A DNA stretch of 63,929 nucleotides, filler included, from Octopus bimaculoides (Eukaryota): the NCBI RefSeq assembly GCF_001194135.2. It is 7 parts of 7 records of this genome, joined end to end, with 100 filler letters (N's around TTAATTAATTAA, not from the genome) between each part and the next. Parts side by side here need not be neighbours in the genome. Positions count along the whole stretch, not along the records: positions 52,726 to 63,929 come from NC_069009.1; 6 more parts are not named here. The stretch is one strand, 5' to 3'. A model generated the notes under the pieces. It searched no databases, had not been told where the DNA came from, and worked only from the letters and a program-made list of their open reading frames with translations. How positions within the stretch are numbered: the first letter of the stretch is position 1; every line of letters begins with the position of its first letter. Below, one piece after another: positions 63,173 to 63,929 of this stretch. Made by a program: the position numbers and the translations under genes.

Positions 63173-63494
63173 GAATGAGAAATAGAAAATCCTTCGTACA
63201 GTATCATCATCATCATCATCATCGTCATCATTTAATGTCCGTCTTCCATGCTAGCATGAGCGGGATGGTACCACAAGAGCTGACCAGGCTGAAGCCTGCA
63301 CCAGACTTTTGTGCTATATTTGAAAAAAATTAATAGAAATGGCTTTTCTGACAATCTCTCTACTTTAATAATTAAATGTTTATAAGTTTACAAAAGGTGA
63401 GTTTGATAAAGAATTTCTCAGTTAAAAGCGGCTTTCAAACTGATATTTTAGAGTTTGTTATTCACTGTTTAAACACTCACAATTTAAACAAAAT

Positions 63495-63865
63495 TTGTGC
63501 CCCAATAAGTCAATTAAATTGATCCCAATGTTCAACTGGTACTTATTTTATTAGTCCCCAAATGATGAAAGGCGAAGTTGACCCAGGCAGCATTTGAACT
63601 CAGAATGTGAAGATGGACGAAAATCCATTATATATTTTGCCCATACTGCTTGTTGCCAGCTTTCTTCGTTTTAATATTAATTCTGTTAATTTAGGATGGT
63701 TGCAGGCATGGCTGTGTGGTAAGAAGTTTGCTTCCCAACCATATTTTTCGGGTTCAGTCCCACGGTATGACATCTTGGGCTAGTGTCCTCTACTATAGCA
63801 TTCGGCTGACCAAAGTCTTGTACATGGACTTAGTTGACAGAAACTGAAAGAAGCCCATCATGTAT
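63495..63865. mobile_element. SINE family A (minus, 63495-63665) followed by SINE family B head (plus, 63705-63865)
   Basis: caactggtacttattttattag...catttgaactcagaatgtg; gcatggctgtgtggtaagaagtttgcttccc. Confidence 0.75.
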
Positions 63866-63877
63866 GTGTGTGTATAT

Positions 63878-63929
<52 letters not shown>

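Noticed and set aside
12251-63231. Many long ORFs rich in HT/CV/YI/NN or X
   Set aside because: Translations of (CA)n, (TA)n and (AAT)n microsatellites and N gaps.
62312-63416. Perfect ~215-bp direct repeat (62312-62529 and 63202-63416)
   Set aside because: The first copy ends exactly at the gap edge and the second contig re-covers it. This is most likely unmerged contig overlap or haplotype duplication.

Overview
Eukaryotic, AT-rich, repeat-dense draft-assembly window. It most likely comes from an octopod cephalopod, judged from octopus-style [16 protein letters not shown] zinc fingers and from SINE/RTE families I recognise from Octopus genomes. There are many N gaps, six of them artificial 100-bp spacers (44 N + TTAATTAATTAA + 44 N), so contiguity across those joins is unproven. 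Host-gene content is small: (i) one large C2H2 zinc-finger exon on the minus strand (1810-3270), with a decayed 5' part, 10 intact fingers and an in-frame TAG followed by three more finger units; (ii) one 112-bp minus-strand exon (43716-43827) of a class-V aminotransferase/cysteine-desulfurase-like gene; (iii) three promoter-like CpG-rich patches (~16.6, ~21.1, ~23.2 kb). The rest is mobile DNA and microsatellite: RTE LINEs, a Penelope GIY-YIG fragment, R4/Dong-like and HERO-like REL fragments, and at least four SINE families. The most interesting observations are: two divergent zinc-knuckle 'ORF1-only' retroelements with a shared uncharacterised C-terminal domain (complete 3' end and no RT seen in one); the UAG in the ZNF array, which is an ideal ADAR recoding context; a ~1.5-kb-arm inverted RTE pair; a degenerate hammerhead core in the Penelope terminal repeat; and a repeat-poor 5.7-kb T-rich block with a candidate RNA structure. 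No CRISPR array, rRNA or true tRNA gene is supported. All family names come from motif recognition, not from database searches.
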